Shown: in pieces, positions 14,999 through 23,092 of the stretch
Layout of the letters: each line of letters starts with the position of its first letter
Numbering within the stretch: the first letter of the stretch is position 1
Assembly: GCA_963704755.1 (NCBI GenBank)
Contig: OY969938.1
Location: 1,200,001-1,232,000, forward strand
Direction: 5' to 3'
Length of the DNA: 32,000 bases
DNA from: an uncultured Chloroflexia bacterium
Lineage (GTDB): Bacteria; Chloroflexota; Anaerolineae; Anaerolineales; Anaerolineaceae
Made by a program: the position numbers and the translations under genes
Notes under the pieces: model-generated
What the model was told of the DNA's origin: nothing
Seen by the model: only the letters and a program-made list of their open reading frames with translations
Database searches by the model: none

Positions 14999-16801
14999 TT
15001 ACTTCAACATCATAAAACCTTTTTGCATATCGCCCGGCTGGATCAGCGCCAGGCGCGGGTTGTAATCGTCTTTGGGCGTGCAGGGCAGCGGGAAATTCCA
15101 GCAGTCCGGCCCGTTGACCGGGTAATACACCACCAGGCCCGCATCGGTCGTCTGGCTGGTGAGCGTGTCCGGCGGGCGGGCAGACGCATCGATCTGCGCC
15201 GGGCTGGGTGGACTGATCAGGTACTGCCGGCTGAGGTTCTTGGAAAACTGGTCCGGTGACATCCAAAAAGTCAGCGCCAACAGCAAGAGTATTGCTCCCC
15301 AGGCGCTGACCCGGGTCCAACCGGCGCCGGCCAGCAGGTGATATCCCAGCAGCAGCAGGCCGACCAGCAAAGACCAGAACACGGCGCCCGAAAAGCGGTA
15401 ATCCGGCGCCAGGATGAACCAGTAAATCACCCCCACCAGGCTGATCCCGGCCAGCACCAGCGGACCGGCCGCGGCGCGTTTCGCCTCGGAAGCGATCTTT
15501 TTTCTGAAAACGAAGAACAGAGCTGCTTCGGCCAGGATCAACACCAGGCTGAGCAGAAAATCTTGTTTGACTTCATATACGAAGTTACGCGACCAGTTCA
15601 GGAACCAGCTCCAGTCGCCAGTGTACACAATCGTAGCCGAACGGGTGCGCGCCCAACTGGAAATCACACCGGCAACCGGTGCGGAGAGGTAATCCGGCAT
15701 CGTCCAGGGGAAAGGGAAGGAAATAAAAGTAGAGGGGAAAAGCAGATAACCGCTCAAGATCAGGTTGCGAACCAGCCAGGGAATGCCCCAGACCGCCAGC
15801 AGCCCGACCCAGCCCAACATGTAACGGCCGTCCCGGCAGGGCGAGAATTTGAAGCGCACAATCCATAAAATTAGCACCGCCAGCAGAACCAGCGCACCAA
15901 AACCGGCAAAACTGAGCTTGACCGTCAGCCCGACCGCCACCAGCAGCACGATCGCCAGACACTGCCGCTGGAAGGCCTCGAATTCCGGCTCCAACTCGAA
16001 AAGGCGCAGCAGCTCGCCGCCCAACACGAATTGCAGGGTGAAAATCGGGAAATCCGGCGAATACCCTACCAGGTAAGCGGTGCTGGTCTGCCAGATCACA
16101 AAGGGCAGCATCAACGTGTAGTAGAGGTTGTGGTTGAGTAAGCCCTCGCGCGAGCGAACCACCTGGTACAGCCCGGATCCACCCAGCAGGATGGCTACAT
16201 AGGCCAGCACCGTGTTGACCAGGTAATAGGCCTGGCCGCTCAAAAAGCCGGTATTGAAGGCTGCCGCCAACAGGAAATTGGAATTGTTGAACGCCAGGCG
16301 GTGGTGCAGGTTGCCCAGGCCGGGGACGATGGCGTAGGTGTTGATCCAGGTGACTGTTTGCAGGTGATACAGCCCGAAATCGGTGTGGGGGGTGCTGAAC
16401 ATAACGTGGTTGGCGATCATCACGGCCGGCGCCAGCCCAATCAGCCCCAGGACGACTGCCGCCTTCTTGTCCAGGCTGGCGAAATAAGCGCTCACCCGTT
16501 GGCGGGCCAACACCCAGCCCAGGACGGCCGCCAGAACCAGCACGCCCAAGGAGAGTAGATCGATTTTACGGAAGAAATGCCAGATCTGCAGGAAGCCAAT
16601 CGCCATGCCCCAACCGGTAAAGAAGGTCAGCAGCAGGCGTTGGAAGCCCAGCCGCCCGCGCTCCGGCGGCCAGGGGAACAACAGCCCGATTCCAATAAAC
16701 ACAGGGACTTGCAGTAAGATGCCGAGGGTATTCGTTAACATAAGGGGGGTACCGGCTGAAATTATAACGTACCAAGGATAAAAAGAGAGATTTATGCCCA
16801 A
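14999..16801 (-). CDS. large polytopic membrane protein (O-antigen polymerase / GT-C-like, family uncertain)
   Basis: 600-aa ORF, hydrophobic throughout (at least 12 predicted TM segments), with a short Pro-rich C-terminal soluble tail. The track start is TTG at 16801; ATG at 16741 (MLTNTLG...) is an alternative. Confidence 0.7.
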   Translation of the reverse strand: MGINLSFYPWYVIISAGTPLMLTNTLGILLQVPVFIGIGLLFPWPPERGRLGFQRLLLTFFTGWGMAIGFLQIWHFFRKIDLLSLGVLVLAAVLGWVLARQRVSAYFASLDKKAAVVLGLIGLAPAVMIANHVMFSTPHTDFGLYHLQTVTWINTYAIVPGLGNLHHRLAFNNSNFLLAAAFNTGFLSGQAYYLVNTVLAYVAILLGGSGLYQVVRSREGLLNHNLYYTLMLPFVIWQTSTAYLVGYSPDFPIFTLQFVLGGELLRLFELEPEFEAFQRQCLAIVLLVAVGLTVKLSFAGFGALVLLAVLILWIVRFKFSPCRDGRYMLGWVGLLAVWGIPWLVRNLILSGYLLFPSTFISFPFPWTMPDYLSAPVAGVISSWARTRSATIVYTGDWSWFLNWSRNFVYEVKQDFLLSLVLILAEAALFFVFRKKIASEAKRAAAGPLVLAGISLVGVIYWFILAPDYRFSGAVFWSLLVGLLLLGYHLLAGAGWTRVSAWGAILLLLALTFWMSPDQFSKNLSRQYLISPPSPAQIDASARPPDTLTSQTTDAGLVVYYPVNGPDCWNFPLPCTPKDDYNPRLALIQPGDMQKGFMMLK

Positions 16802-17195
16802 AAAGTCTCATTAATTGAGTCGAAGCACACAAAACATTTATCCGATTTGAAGAAATGAAACCCGCAAAACCCAAAATACTTTGCCTTCCTATTGAGCATT
16901 ACTGTATAAAAAATATTTATAAACGAAAGCGATTCTGTATTTTGGGTTCAAACAATCTTGATCAACCACAATTAAATTCTACTGCGCAAAATTGGGCCAG
17001 CGTGAATGAATTTGGCCGCGCGGTCCGTGGAGAATGTCCCGGCCTGCCTGTCAGTGAGCTGCAGAGGGAACATCCCTGGATCTGACTGACCGTTATCGAA
17101 AACCGGACTGGAACGCATCACCCGCCCCCAGGATATATTCGGACAAATATAGTACAATTTTTACAGCGCGGTTCCTGGTGGATAGGTTTGGCAAA

Positions 17196-17906
17196 ATGAT
17201 ATTTGGCTTTGATACTCGAAGTTCAGATTCGCCCCTGGTTCAATCTGTTTGGCGCTCTCACAGTGAGGGCGGCGGTTCTTTTATCTCAACCGCTGCGAGC
17301 CAATGGGAAATGGTCGTGACCAAACAGCGAGACCAATTGACCTTGAGTGTACGCGGACCGGAGACGCAGGCATCCCCCGCACCGGTGCCGGAAGACGCGG
17401 AGTTTTTGGGCGTTGTCTTCAACCATGGCGTGTTTATGCCCCAGTTGCCGAAAAGGAAACTGGTCGATAATGAAATCCACTTGAACGAGACCGCCAAAAA
17501 CACATTTCAATTTCTTGGTTCTTCCTGGGAATTCCCCACATTCGAAAATATGGATACTTTCGTCGAGCGTCTCATGCATGCGAATGTTCTGGTTTTCGAT
17601 ACCATCGTGACGGCTATTTTACGCGGGCAGACGATTTCCTTGTCTCGGCGTTCGATCCAGCGGCGCTTCTTGTACGTGACCGGGTTGACTTTTAAAACCA
17701 TCCAACAGATCAAGCGCGCGCAGCACGCTTCGTCGCTCCTGAAAGGGGGCATGCCGATCGCAGATGCTGCCAACGAGTCAGGATATTTCGACCAATCCCA
17801 TTTAACCAACTCCCTGAGACGTTTCTATGGGCAAACCCCGGTTGAGATCGCCAATCAAGCCAATCTTCACAGTGGCGTTTTTTTCCAAGACGAGAACTCC
17901 CCGTAA
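17196..17906 (+). CDS. AraC family transcriptional regulator
   Basis: The C-terminal AraC-type HTH pair (RRSIQRRFLYVTGLTFKTIQQIKR...AANESGYFDQSHLTNSLRRFYGQTP) is clear. ATG 17196 is preferred over GTG 17178. Confidence 0.85.
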   Translation: MIFGFDTRSSDSPLVQSVWRSHSEGGGSFISTAASQWEMVVTKQRDQLTLSVRGPETQASPAPVPEDAEFLGVVFNHGVFMPQLPKRKLVDNEIHLNETAKNTFQFLGSSWEFPTFENMDTFVERLMHANVLVFDTIVTAILRGQTISLSRRSIQRRFLYVTGLTFKTIQQIKRAQHASSLLKGGMPIADAANESGYFDQSHLTNSLRRFYGQTPVEIANQANLHSGVFFQDENSP

Positions 17907-17945
17907 AAATATAATAGGACAAACAATATCCAAGAGGAATTTCCG

Positions 17946-18515
17946 ATGAGAAAATTGATTGTTCACCAATTTATTACGTTGGATGGCGTGATTCAAGCGC
18001 CAGGCGATGCTGTGGAGGATGTCGACGCGGGCTTTCCCTACGGCGGCTGGTCGATGCCTTACTGGCATGATGACATTGGCGCCCATTTTGGCCAGGCGTT
18101 TGCGCAAGCCAACTCGCTGCTGCTGGGGAGGAAAACCTGGCAGGGCCACGGGAAAGCATTCGGGCCTCATCCCGACCAGGACCCCTTTGTGGGGATGAAA
18201 AAGTATGTGGTTTCCAATACCTTGCAGTCGGTCGAAACCTGGTCGGATTCATTCATCATCCGCGGCGATGCGGTCGAAGAAGTACGCAAGTTGAAAAACC
18301 AACCTGGAAAGAACATCATTTTGGATGGGAGCAGCGTTCTACTGCGCAGCCTGATCGAAAACGACCTGATAGATGAGTATATGCTGCATGTATACCCGCT
18401 GGTGCTTGGTATGGGAAAGCGCCTGTTTCCGGATGGGAAGCGAATTCCATTGAAGCTGATTGAAGCAATCCCACTGCCAACCGGTGTCATCTATCAAAGA
18501 TACCAACCCGAGTAA
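17946..18515 (+). CDS. dihydrofolate reductase family protein (RibD C-terminal domain type)
   Basis: 189-aa ORF. MRKLIVHQFITLDGVIQAPG...GGW..PY...LLLGRKTW...KKYVVS.TL...IILDGSS.L..SLIENDLIDEY.L.V.P..LG.GKRLF is characteristic of this family. Confidence 0.9.
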   Translation: MRKLIVHQFITLDGVIQAPGDAVEDVDAGFPYGGWSMPYWHDDIGAHFGQAFAQANSLLLGRKTWQGHGKAFGPHPDQDPFVGMKKYVVSNTLQSVETWSDSFIIRGDAVEEVRKLKNQPGKNIILDGSSVLLRSLIENDLIDEYMLHVYPLVLGMGKRLFPDGKRIPLKLIEAIPLPTGVIYQRYQPE

Positions 18516-18536
18516 GTTCCATCGCTTAGTACGGAT

Positions 18537-18579
18537 GTTTCCCCGAGATATGCCTGCTACAGGCGTATCTCGGGGAAAC
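18537..18579 (+). terminator. 19-bp stem-loop after the DHFR-family gene (probable terminator)
   Basis: GTTTCCCCGAGATATGCCT-GCTAC-AGGCGTATCTCGGGGAAAC with one G-U pair. A T6 run follows 12 nt downstream. Confidence 0.55.
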
Positions 18580-18686
18580 CATAAGGCCCTTTTTTCAGCA
18601 GACCATGTGGTTTAATGGCGCCATATCACGATTCCGAATAATTAATAGTTGGGCAGGCTATCCTATTGAGGAATCGCTAAAAACTT

Positions 18687-19445
18687 GTGCAATTTAAATT
18701 TGTAAAAGAAAAACTGGACTACTCAGATCTTGCTAGCGGGCGAGTTTTTTATAGTATGTCAGGACATCCTGCTTTTCCTATCCGGCTGGCGAGTGAAATA
18801 TTCCAACGTTGTCTGGCAAATCGAAAAATTGTCTACAATAATTCAACGCCATGTACCCTATACGACCCCTGTTGCGGCGCAGCCTATCACCTCAGTGTAC
18901 TGGCTTATTTACACAGAGAGCATGTTCGAGAAGTCATTGGCTCGGACATAGATGAAAAAGCAATCACTTTGGCAAGCCAGAATCTCGGGTTGCTTGGTGT
19001 CGCTGGTTTGGATAAACGCATCAGCGAAATCTCTAAAATGTTCGAGATGTACCATAAAGATTCTCACAAAGACGCTTTAGCCAGTGGGTATATTTTAAAA
19101 GACAGAATTTCTGCTTTAGAGCAAGAACATCCGCTAACTACAAAGGTGTTTCAGGCAAGTGCCACAGACAGCAAAACGATTATCAAAAATGTAAAAACCA
19201 AATCAGTGGATATTGTTTTTACTGACGTTCCGTATGGGCAACACTCCCATTGGCTCGGTTTGAATTCCAACGAGGAATTGGACCCGCTCGGGTTAATGCT
19301 GAATGCGCTTGTTGAAATCCTTTCCACATCAAGCATTGTGGCAATCGTTGCCGACAAACAGCAAAAGGTATCCCATAAAGGTTTTCAAAGCGTTGAGCAA
19401 TTTCAAATAGGAAAACGGCGAGCAGTTATCTTGAAACCTAACTAA
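18687..19445 (+). CDS. SAM-dependent methyltransferase with (D/N)PPY-type motif IV (N6-adenine or N2-guanine class), orphan
   Basis: 252-aa ORF with a GTG start. Motif I-like LYDPCCGAAY and motif IV-like FTDVPYG. It lies in visibly AT-rich DNA (37% GC in line 19081-19140). Confidence 0.7.
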   Translation: MQFKFVKEKLDYSDLASGRVFYSMSGHPAFPIRLASEIFQRCLANRKIVYNNSTPCTLYDPCCGAAYHLSVLAYLHREHVREVIGSDIDEKAITLASQNLGLLGVAGLDKRISEISKMFEMYHKDSHKDALASGYILKDRISALEQEHPLTTKVFQASATDSKTIIKNVKTKSVDIVFTDVPYGQHSHWLGLNSNEELDPLGLMLNALVEILSTSSIVAIVADKQQKVSHKGFQSVEQFQIGKRRAVILKPN

Positions 19446-19458
19446 TCAATAGACGCTT

Positions 19459-19775
19459 TTATGTTGTCACTGCCCGCTCGTAAAATAGGACCTCCACTCT
19501 TTGAATATGCTCGACCACATTCGGGTCCCGGATTTCGTGATAAATAGACAGACCAAGCGTATACGGCAAGAATAAATCATCGATATCATCGAGAATTCTA
19601 CACAATTCATTAAGGTTAACCCTGAACCGCCACGTAAGGTAAGCTCAATATCCGAGCCATTCCGATAGTTGTCTTTGGCGCGTGATCCATATTGAATAGC
19701 TTGATCCACATACGGGTGCTCTTTAAGGACCGTACGAATTTTCCGAATGGTGCTTTCAGACAGGCCATAATTCAT
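19459..19775 (-). pseudogene. MNT-type minimal nucleotidyltransferase (HI0073-like antitoxin-type), frameshifted near 19615-19625
   Basis: N-terminal YGSRAKDNYRNGSDIEL is the GS-x-D-x-D/E nucleotidyltransferase signature. After RGGSG the track frame gives nonsense. The -1 frame reads VNLNELCRILDDIDDLFLPYTLGLSIYHEIRDPNVVEHIQRVEVLFYER, the conserved C-terminus, and stops at 19459. Confidence 0.75.
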
Positions 19776-19927
19776 TCCTGTTCCTCCCGCCTCAATTCAT
19801 CCAATTTGTTACGAACCACAATGAATTCACCGATATATGCATTTAGTACGGCAGTGACAATTTCGGCTGCCGTGGCTTCGTCGTAGGTATATACTAGACC
19901 GCTTTTGCCGAGGTTGGTAATCGACCA
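19772..19927 (-). pseudogene. C-terminal remnant of an HI0074-type nucleotidyltransferase substrate-binding (HEPN-like) protein
   Basis: My manual translation gives WSITNLGKSGLVYTYDEATAAEIVTAVLNAYIGEFIVVRNKLDELRREEQE*. This resembles the ...RN.TSHTYDEE.A.EI...I..F... C-terminus of HI0074-family proteins. There is no start codon, an in-frame stop lies upstream, and its stop overlaps the MNT ATG (ATGA). Confidence 0.45.
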
Positions 19928-19986
19928 TAGGTTAATTATATAAAATAATGCTATTGATGAAAATTACCCTTTATAGGAAAAAGCTG

Positions 19987-20055
19987 TTAGCAATTAGCCC
20001 TTAGCCATTAGTAAAAAAGCTAATCGCTAAAAGCTACACACTAACAGCTATCTTG
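19987..20055. repeat. heptad-periodic repeat downstream of the tRNA-Glu copies (TTAGCNN x4, then NNNAGCT x5)
   Basis: + strand: TTAGCAA TTAGCCC TTAGCCA TTAGTAA AAAAGCT AATCGCT AAAAGCT ACACACT AACAGCT. In the tRNA orientation the second half reads TAGCTGT TAGTGTG TAGCTTT TAGCGAT TAGCTTT. Confidence 0.75.
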
Positions 20056-20236
20056 TGCCCCCAAGCGGATTCGAACCGCTGTTTTGGCCTTCATGACACC
20101 TCGACGGTGTGAGAGGGCCATTGCTAATCGCTATCTGCTATCTTGTGCCCCCAAGCGGATTCGAACCGCTGTTTTGGCCTTCATGACACCTCGACGGTGT
20201 GAGAGGGCCATTGCTAATCGCTATCTGCTATCTTTG
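20056..20236 (-). repeat. two tandem ~90-bp units, each holding a partial tRNA-Glu (positions 27-73) with a 19-nt anticodon-loop insertion plus three TAGCNNN heptads
   Basis: Units 20056-20145 and 20146-20236 are identical by eye apart from one extra T. In each, the first 36 nt equal the tRNA 3' part. Then come a 19-nt CATGACACCTCGACGGTGT, GAGAGGGCCA (anticodon stem/loop 5' side) and heptads. Confidence 0.85.
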
Positions 20237-20309
20237 TGCCCCCAAGCGGATTCGAACCGCTGTTTTGGCCTTGAGAGGGCCACGTCCTGGGCCGCTAGAC
20301 AATGGGGGC
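20237..20309 (-). tRNA. tRNA-Glu (anticodon CUC)
   Basis: Hand-folded. Acceptor GCCCCCA/TGGGGGC, D arm GTCT-AGCGGCCCA-GGAC, anticodon arm TGGCC-CTCTCAA-GGCCA, T arm AGCGG-TTCGAAT-CCGCT, discriminator A. It closely resembles canonical bacterial tRNA-Glu. Confidence 0.9.
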
Positions 20310-20323
20310 GCTAAACCGGATGG

Positions 20324-20352
20324 ATTTTATCACGGCTGTTTACCGGCGTCAA
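20324..20352 (-). promoter_or_regulatory. sigma70-type promoter of tRNA-Glu
   Basis: On the - strand: TTGACG (20352-20347), a 17-nt spacer, then TAAAAT (20329-20324), 14 nt upstream of the tRNA 5' end. Confidence 0.55.
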
Positions 20353-20442
20353 CCTCCCATTGATTGACTTTGATTAACTCTGATGCTATGATTAACTTTG
20401 TTCATTTTATTTTCAAAACTGCTCAAGACAGGCTAAATAAAG

Positions 20443-20495
20443 CCTGGTTTGAGGTGTCGGTAGGTGCTCTCCACCCGCCGACACCTCAAACCAGG
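20443..20495. repeat. intergenic palindrome, family 1 (18-bp perfect arms, 17-nt loop)
   Basis: CCTGGTTTGAGGTGTCGG ... CCGACACCTCAAACCAGG. Confidence 0.9.
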
Positions 20496-20697
20496 AGTTG
20501 TGAGTCGGCGGGTTGGGTAGTTATCTTTTTTTTATTTTCATCATCCCGCACCTTAACAAATTCTTTTTATTTCTTTGAGAAATCCGTGTGGTAAGGGAAG
20601 GACGCGTATGGGGTAAAAAATAACACCTGCGCCTCTGCCCAATCACGGCAATTTCCAAAGACCTCATTCATTTTCATTATTTTTTCAAGGAGCTATT

Positions 20698-21795
20698 ATG
20701 AGCATTGATACCATCGTCCGCCTTATCGGAATGGTCGTATTTTGTGTGGTCGGTGTCGTGTGGGGGGCTGATCTGGGCCATCTGGCCAACATCACTCCAG
20801 ACGCAAATACATTCAGTGTCGAGCAATATGCCTTTACGATCGGCCTGGTCGGCGCCCTGACCGGTCTGATCCTTACTCCGTTCTTAACCACCCGCCCTAT
20901 TCGCGCGATCCGCTCAACGTTGACGCGCATCTCTGCCCAAACATTATTTGCGGCCCTGATCGGACTGATCGCCGGTTTGATTATCGCCGTTCTGTTAGCC
21001 TTTCCGCTTTCACGCCTGCCCTCGCCTTTTGGTGAAATTTTTCCCTTCATGGGCGTGATACTATTTGGCTACCTGGGCGTGTCGGTTTTCGTGATGCGTC
21101 AAAACGATATGTTCTCCATCTTCGGCGTTTTCTCCAAAAACCAGTCTGCCAACCAGGCGGACGGTCAGAGTGAAAGCGGGGCAGGTTGGGCCGAATCACG
21201 CACCATTCTGCTCGACACCAGCGTGATCATCGATGGACGCATCGCCGACATCGCCCGCACAGGTTTCCTGCCGGGCTCCTTACTGATCCCGCATTTCGTC
21301 CTTAATGAATTACAATACATCGCCGATTCACCGGACAGCCTGCGGCGCCAGCGTGGCCGCCGTGGAATGGAAGTGCTGTCTCAATTGCAAAAAGAGCCAA
21401 CTATTCCGGTGCGGATTAACGATATCGACGTAGAAGGCGTCCGCGACGTGGATGACAAACTGGTCATCCTGGCCCGCCAACTGCGCTGCCCGATCCTGAC
21501 CAACGATTACAATTTGAACCGTATCGCCGAGCTGCAGGGGGTCACTATTCTCAATGTCAACGAGCTGGCCAACGCCGTCAAATCGGTGCTGCTGCCGGGT
21601 GAAAACCTGTTCATTCGGGTCATCCAGGAAGGCAAAGAGTTGGGCCAGGGTGTGGGTTATATGGACGACGGCACTATGGTGGTCGTCGAGAGTGGTAAAG
21701 AATTTATGGGAGATGAATTAATGGTCACCGTCACCAAAGTTTTACAAACCGCCGCCGGACGGATGATCTTCGCCAGACCGGAAAACGAACACTAA
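20698..21795 (+). CDS. PIN/TRAM domain-containing membrane-associated protein (YacL-like)
   Basis: 365-aa ORF with AAGGAG 7 nt upstream. N-terminal TM segments, a PIN domain (ILLDTSVIIDGRI...LNEL...DDKLV...TNDYNL) and a C-terminal TRAM-like beta domain (GVGYMDDGTMVVVE). Confidence 0.9.
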   Translation: MSIDTIVRLIGMVVFCVVGVVWGADLGHLANITPDANTFSVEQYAFTIGLVGALTGLILTPFLTTRPIRAIRSTLTRISAQTLFAALIGLIAGLIIAVLLAFPLSRLPSPFGEIFPFMGVILFGYLGVSVFVMRQNDMFSIFGVFSKNQSANQADGQSESGAGWAESRTILLDTSVIIDGRIADIARTGFLPGSLLIPHFVLNELQYIADSPDSLRRQRGRRGMEVLSQLQKEPTIPVRINDIDVEGVRDVDDKLVILARQLRCPILTNDYNLNRIAELQGVTILNVNELANAVKSVLLPGENLFIRVIQEGKELGQGVGYMDDGTMVVVESGKEFMGDELMVTVTKVLQTAAGRMIFARPENEH

Positions 21796-22532
21796 TGCGC
21801 GAATGGATTATCGGACGCAACCCGGTTTACGAAGTATTGCAAGCTCGCCGCCGGCAAGTTTTTCGTTTGATTATTGCCAGCGGAGTCGAAGAGAAAGGTC
21901 GTTTGAGCGACATCCTGACCCAGGTCAGCAAACGCCACATCCCGCTCGAACGTGTCCCTCGCCAGAAGTTGGACGAGTTAGGTGAAGGTCACCAGGGAGT
22001 TGCCGTCGAAGTTAACGGATATTCCTACAGCGATATAAGCAAAATCCTGGAAAAGACCACCCATTCAGACCATGCTCCCCTGGTGCTGCTCCTGGATATG
22101 TTGCAAAATCCGCAGAATTTGGGCACTTTATTACGAACAGCCGAAGCTGCCGGCGTGGATGGCGTGATCATCCCGCTGCGAAGGTCGGCGGAAGTGACCC
22201 CGGCAGTCGTACACGCCTCGGCCGGCGCGACCGAGCACCTGCGCCTGGCTCAGATGAATCTCGCCCAGGCCATGGAAACGCTTAAAAAAGAAGGCTTCTG
22301 GATCGTTGGGCTGGACGGCGGGCCTGGGTCAAAGCCGATCGAATACGCCCCCCTGGATGTACCCCTGGCGCTGGTCGTCGGAAACGAGGGTGAGGGCATG
22401 CGCCAATTGATCCGCCAGAAATGTGATCTGTTAGTCCGCCTGCCTATGAACGGGCAAATTGAATCGCTCAACGCTGCCGTCGCCGGCTCGATCGCGCTCT
22501 ACCTGACCCTGCAAGCCCGCAACAAAAAATAA
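21795..22532 (+). CDS. rlmB: 23S rRNA (guanosine-2'-O)-methyltransferase RlmB (SpoU/TrmH family)
   Basis: 245-aa ORF. N-terminal GRNPV.E.L substrate-binding domain and SpoU motifs (LDMLQNPQNLGTLLRTAEAAG, LVVGNEGEGM, IESLNAAVAGSIALY). Its start overlaps the stop of the PIN/TRAM gene. Confidence 0.9.
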   Translation: MREWIIGRNPVYEVLQARRRQVFRLIIASGVEEKGRLSDILTQVSKRHIPLERVPRQKLDELGEGHQGVAVEVNGYSYSDISKILEKTTHSDHAPLVLLLDMLQNPQNLGTLLRTAEAAGVDGVIIPLRRSAEVTPAVVHASAGATEHLRLAQMNLAQAMETLKKEGFWIVGLDGGPGSKPIEYAPLDVPLALVVGNEGEGMRQLIRQKCDLLVRLPMNGQIESLNAAVAGSIALYLTLQARNKK

Positions 22533-22570
22533 TCGCAGGGATCCTCCCTTTGGCCTTTACTGGTAACCCG

Positions 22571-22930
22571 ATGAACGATGATTTTCAAATCACTGAGATC
22601 AGTCCCTCCGAACTGAAAACCTGGCTGAAAGACGGCCAGCCCATCCTGGTTCTGGATGTTCGCGAACCGATGGAATTTTCCTGGGCAGCTTTACGCCTTC
22701 CACAGGTTCATTTTGTCCCGCTTTCCGAACTGGAGCACAAAGGATTGGAAGCCTTACCTGCCGAAGCCCGGGAACCATCTGCCCGGGTGGTGGTGATGTG
22801 TCACATGGGCGAACGCAGCGCAATGGTGACCGATTGGCTGCGCAGCCAGGGATGGCAGAACACTTTCAACCTGTCCGGGGGGATCGATGCCTATGCTCAC
22901 GAAATCGATCCTTCGATAGGGTTTTACTAA
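22571..22930 (+). CDS. rhodanese-like domain protein
   Basis: 119 aa from ATG 22571 (the track TTG start is at 22550). LVLDVREP.EF... and active-site loop CHMGERS. Confidence 0.85.
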   Translation: MNDDFQITEISPSELKTWLKDGQPILVLDVREPMEFSWAALRLPQVHFVPLSELEHKGLEALPAEAREPSARVVVMCHMGERSAMVTDWLRSQGWQNTFNLSGGIDAYAHEIDPSIGFY

Positions 22931-22978
22931 GAATTTATTTTTTTGACATGCTTTGACGGATCGGCATAACGGATAAGA

Positions 22979-23035
22979 CCCCGAAATCGAGATGTTTGCG
23001 GGGACGAAGCCCTCGCAAACATCTCGATTTCGGGG
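22979..23035. repeat. intergenic palindrome (22-bp perfect arms, 13-nt loop)
   Basis: CCCCGAAATCGAGATGTTTGCG ... CGCAAACATCTCGATTTCGGGG. Confidence 0.9.
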
Positions 23036-23092
23036 GTTACCAGTACAAACCCAAATTTATACAAATTCTTTTCTTTTAGAGACACGTATTTC

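Noticed and set aside
15338-15868. 176-aa + strand ORF and others (15023-15259, 15849-16076, 16301-16558) inside the 600-aa membrane protein gene
   Set aside because: These are antisense shadows that are hydrophilic and of low complexity (Gln/Arg/Pro-rich). The - strand frame is a coherent polytopic protein.
20092-20110. The 19-nt anticodon-loop insertion as a genuine tRNA intron or split-tRNA half
   Set aside because: The copies carrying it lack the 5' acceptor strand and D arm, so they cannot fold into a tRNA. The intact tRNA-Glu copy has no insertion. A recombination scar is more parsimonious.
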